A DNA stretch of 64,000 bases from the human T2T-CHM13v2.0 reference genome, Homo sapiens. Every line of letters starts with the position of its first letter. Position 1 is the first letter of the stretch. Made by a program: the position numbers and the translations under genes. The DNA lies in contig CP068257.2 of assembly GCA_009914755.4 (NCBI GenBank), positions 32,224,001 to 32,288,000 on the forward strand, read 5' to 3'. The notes beneath the pieces are model-generated. The model saw nothing but the letters and a program-made list of their open reading frames with translations, made no database searches and had not been told where the DNA came from. Below are positions 60,142 to 64,000 of the stretch, piece by piece.

Positions 60142-60689
60142 CCACGTGGTGTCTCCGTTGGTTGTCACATTAGGTGATCATGTATTAAAAGCTTTGCCAG
60201 GAGGAAGCTGGAGTTGAAGCCAAGCATGAGTGTCAGGAGTGTTGTGCCACATGGAGGGCACGCCAGTCCCAGCACTAGCACATAGGGAGCAGCGCTGGGC
60301 CATGTCATTGCTCTGTAGGACTTCTTCGCTGCAATGGTCCTGCCTCTGCCCAACCAGGGGTGGTTCTGGGAAGGGAACTGGTTTGTTGGCCAAAAGTTCT
60401 TGGAGGTTGACTAAGGAACAGGCACCTGAGCGGGCTGTTGCGTGGGGAACTCTGTAACTATTTTCTCTAGAAGACCAAAAGGTAAAATGTAGTGGAAGAG
60501 CTGACCTGGGAACTGTTTTTGGTTAAAAGGTGAATTGGGAGCATCTTAGGGACAAAGCGGGAAGGGGCAGGGGACCTACCTAAGGTAACTTTTGCCCATT
60601 TGCTCCAGCAACGTGTCGGCGCATGGTGTTAGTTATACAATGGTAAAAACATGGGCTGTAGGGCCTGACACCAGCTGTCCAGACAGGTG

Positions 60690-60780
60690 ACTCTGAGCAC
60701 ATCTCTAGGGCCCCTCAATCTCTTTCCTCATTTGTAAAGTGGGGTGATGTCTCTCCCACCCGTGTGACAAGGCTGTCATG
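60690..60780 (+). repeat. MIR SINE fragment
   Basis: 'ggcccctcaatctctttcctcatttgtaaagtggggtgatgtctctcc'. Confidence 0.45.
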
Positions 60781-61174
60781 CAGCTTCAGATGTACATGAA
60801 ATGGCCTTGAAAGCTACAGAGCAGCCTACAACTAGGTGTGTTCATGTTAGGATCAAGGGCAAGAGGCCTCCCTGGAGGGCTATGGATCAAACACAGATCC
60901 GATGATCTAGTAGGGACCAGGAACTCTGAACAAACCCTTAAAGACACGGGATTTTGGCAGGCAGGACCAGATAGACTTTGCTGAGTGACCATGTGTTAGG
61001 TGCTGTGTCTAACCAATTAATTCCTAAACATAATCTACTCAAACCAAATTCTCTAGGCCAAAAGGGCTTTTTGGCCTTTATACTCAGGGGATACCAAAAA
61101 AGGACATAAAAATAAAGCCTTCTACATTCCAGTTTAAAAGACAGTGAACATAATATGATCTGTTCTGGAAGCTT

Positions 61175-61180
61175 TTTATT
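61175..61180 (-). promoter_or_regulatory. ATP5PO: ATP5PO poly(A) signal (AATAAA on the minus strand)
   Basis: Plus-strand tttatt lies about 50 nt downstream (minus sense) of the ATP5PO stop codon. Confidence 0.7.
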
Positions 61181-61228
61181 GTTGCTCCAAGTTTAAGAAT
61201 TTTCACTGATGGCAGAAAACCAACACTT

Positions 61229-61342
61229 TTAGACAATCTCCCGCATAGCCCTGCCCAGCTTCTGAATCTTGGTCTTGACAGACATGTCAACATATTTCTC
61301 GCCAATGCGCACAATCATTCCACCCAAGATTGACGGATCAGT
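61229..61342 (-). CDS. ATP5PO: ATP5PO (OSCP, ATP synthase peripheral-stalk subunit) terminal coding exon including the stop codon
   Basis: Reverse-complement translation [40 protein letters not shown] lies at 61229-61231 on the minus strand. Acceptor ttttgtag|ACT. Confidence 0.9.
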   Translation of the reverse strand, partial: TDPSILGGMIVRIGEKYVDMSVKTKIQKLGRAMREIV

Positions 61343-61637
61343 CTACAAAAGAAATAAGACTGGAAATGTGAAAACGCGCTAATCAAATGGGACACACAAA
61401 AAAGTGTTTTGAAAGGCTAAATGTGTTGCACAAATGTAAGAGGTTATAATTACACCTAGAAAAAGGCAAAAGTAAAACTGCACAGTCAGATAATCATTTA
61501 AATTTAAAATAAATACAAAATTTTAACTACAGAAAAATTAGTATAGAGTTAGATCTAATATTTCACTAGTACTTTCTGTAGCCATTTTAAGCTTAAAATA
61601 ACCCGAGGAAACGTACCATAAATAATTTAAAACCTAC

Positions 61638-61724
61638 CTTAGCCTCCAATTTCAATACTTGGCCTTGACTTAGGAAGCTCTTGAGGACAGTTTTTAATTC
61701 AGAGAGTGTGGCTTCTTCTAAAGG
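61638..61724 (-). CDS. ATP5PO: ATP5PO penultimate coding exon
   Basis: Reverse-complement translation [29 protein letters not shown]. Acceptor ctttcag|CCT. Donor AAG|gtaggt. It joins the terminal exon in frame. Confidence 0.9.
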
Positions 61725-62453
61725 CTGAAAGGCAAAACCATCCTTTCAATTTAGATAAAGCAAAACAGAAACTTCCAGAGTTAAAATACCCCAGGCCCAC
61801 ATCACCAAGACAGGCCTTGTGAGCTCCTCCCTTTGCTACCTGGGCCCATCATGGAGCTGCTCTGCAGCATTCACTCCTTGTTCACGCTGGAGGTTCAGGG
61901 AGCACAGGAAGGCCCTGCCTCACAGCATCACCCGGGCAGCTCCCACTCAGCCGTTCAAGGACGGCCTGTAAATGCCACTCCCTCCCTGCCTCTGCTCTGT
62001 GTGCTAGCAGTACAACTTGGAACTAACAAGGAAAGGCCTTCAAGTTTCTAATGCCTGAAGATGCAGCCCCATCAATGCAGGAGGACACAGGCCTCTCCTG
62101 GGTGCAGCCCTGGGGACACGACATGCATCTATCATGTCCTTGGCTGAAAAGTTGCCATTTTAACCTGGTTTTACATCTTCATGTTTGCCTAGCTCTGCTG
62201 GCTGTTCATCTCCCCGCATCCACAGCTACCTGGAGCTCTGGCAGGCCACTCCACTCTCTGAACCCCAGTGAGAGAACCTGGAGCAGTTGGCTTTTCCTGA
62301 AGTCAGCTCAGCTCCATAACCTACTTTAGAGCAAGCACCTCAAATGTCCAGACTGCACTCTCCTCTCGGCCCCAACTCTTACTCCTGGTTAGTTATGTTA
62401 TAGTGTTAAGTGTTCTAATGGTGAAAATGAAGAAGGCTGTTAAACCAAAGGCC

Positions 62454-62768
<315 letters not shown>

Positions 62769-63332
62769 TAAATCCTACCTCCCTGGCCCCTCCTCTAAGA
62801 GCCTAAAAAAATTTGGCAAAAAAATTTATGTCTTTGTAAAGATATAACAATATCCTTTTTTTGGGGGTGGGGGGTGCTGGTGGTGGCCAGAATCTATTCG
62901 TGTTCAAAACATGATTTACTGAGACTAAAAGGTTACAGAATTCTGAAATATACATACCCTCCACTGAGACATGTACCAACTGCCAGGTACCTGTCTATGC
63001 CAGGCACATTTCATGCCTACTATCTCCCTTCATGTGGGCAACCCTGAAAGGCCACCGGTCATTATGCCCATTTTACATATGAGGGAACGGAGGCTCAGGG
63101 TGGGTAAGAAACTCACCTAAGGCCACATCAGCAGGTGAGGACCAGCCCCAATATTTGAAACCAGTCTGTGTATTTCTAAAGCCTGTGCTCTTAGTCACTC
63201 ATCAAGACATAACGTTTTTCAAACAGTACAGACTCACGCACCCAACAGTATCAACATCAAAAGCATTAGTAACAGTTGGTTCTAAAATCTTTTGCAAAAA
63301 CAAGCATCCTTTAAAAGAAAATCATGGCCTTG

Positions 63333-63670
<338 letters not shown>

Positions 63671-64000
63671 TCACTGAAGAATGGCCTGCACCAGTGCTTC
63701 ATGATGGGTGACCGTGGGGCAGGTGAATGTCTAATCTGTGCCACACTGTTAGGGATAACTGATGCAGCCACAGAGGGCTCCCTGCCTATGTCTGAGCTGT
63801 AATGATTTGCAGCCAGGCACATGTTTTGGGGGCACCAACTACTGAACTACAAACGTGCAAGTAAGTATGATGTGCTAGGATGCCTCTCCTTGAATCTGTG
63901 CTAACTAGAAGGTTAGACTGTCCTTTAAATGCTACATCTATTAATCTAGATGAGGTCAGGTGCTACGAATTCCAAGTCAATCTACCACACTCCCCTGTTT

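Noticed and set aside
63690-63800. A plus-strand reading 'NGLHQCFMMGDRGAGECLICATLLGITDAATEGSLPMSEL*' that loosely echoes OSCP '[44 protein letters not shown]'. It could be an inverted degenerate ATP5PO exon copy.
   Set aside because: The matches are short, require several indels, and lie on the strand opposite to ATP5PO. Minus-strand translation of the same interval gives nothing OSCP-like. This is most likely chance. It would need a nucleotide alignment of ATP5PO cDNA against 63.6-63.9 kb in both orientations to revive. The real upstream ATP5PO exon ('...[18 protein letters not shown]') is not detectable in 61.7-64.0 kb and presumably lies beyond the window.

Overview
This window is human genomic DNA from the chr21 ITSN1–ATP5PO tail-to-tail locus. 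The identification rests on exon translations and on recognition of the proteins. It is an ordinary, Alu-dense primate genic region and I see no evidence of a novel biological system.

Plus strand: translating the exon-like segments reconstructs the whole C-terminal DH–PH–C2 part of intersectin-1 long isoform. It runs '...[41 protein letters not shown] | [12 protein letters not shown]... | ...LDLQLFDEP*' as 11 GT-AG exons between 14.5 kb and 46.0 kb. A very long 3'UTR of about 11.5 kb follows.

Minus strand: at 61.2–61.7 kb the last two coding exons of ATP5PO (OSCP) are present, '...[29 protein letters not shown] | [37 protein letters not shown]', with an AATAAA signal. The two genes therefore converge.

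The rest of the window is intronic, UTR or intergenic. It is filled with about 35 Alu copies, several MIRs, a solo HERV9-type LTR12 with a 4-bp TSD, an old L1 3' end, a MADE1 (mariner) fragment, and several microsatellite or low-complexity tracts.

All long ORFs outside the listed exons fall inside repeats or low-complexity DNA and are judged non-coding.

Coordinates were calibrated against the ORF track wherever possible. Repeat boundaries are approximate, about ±5 bp.
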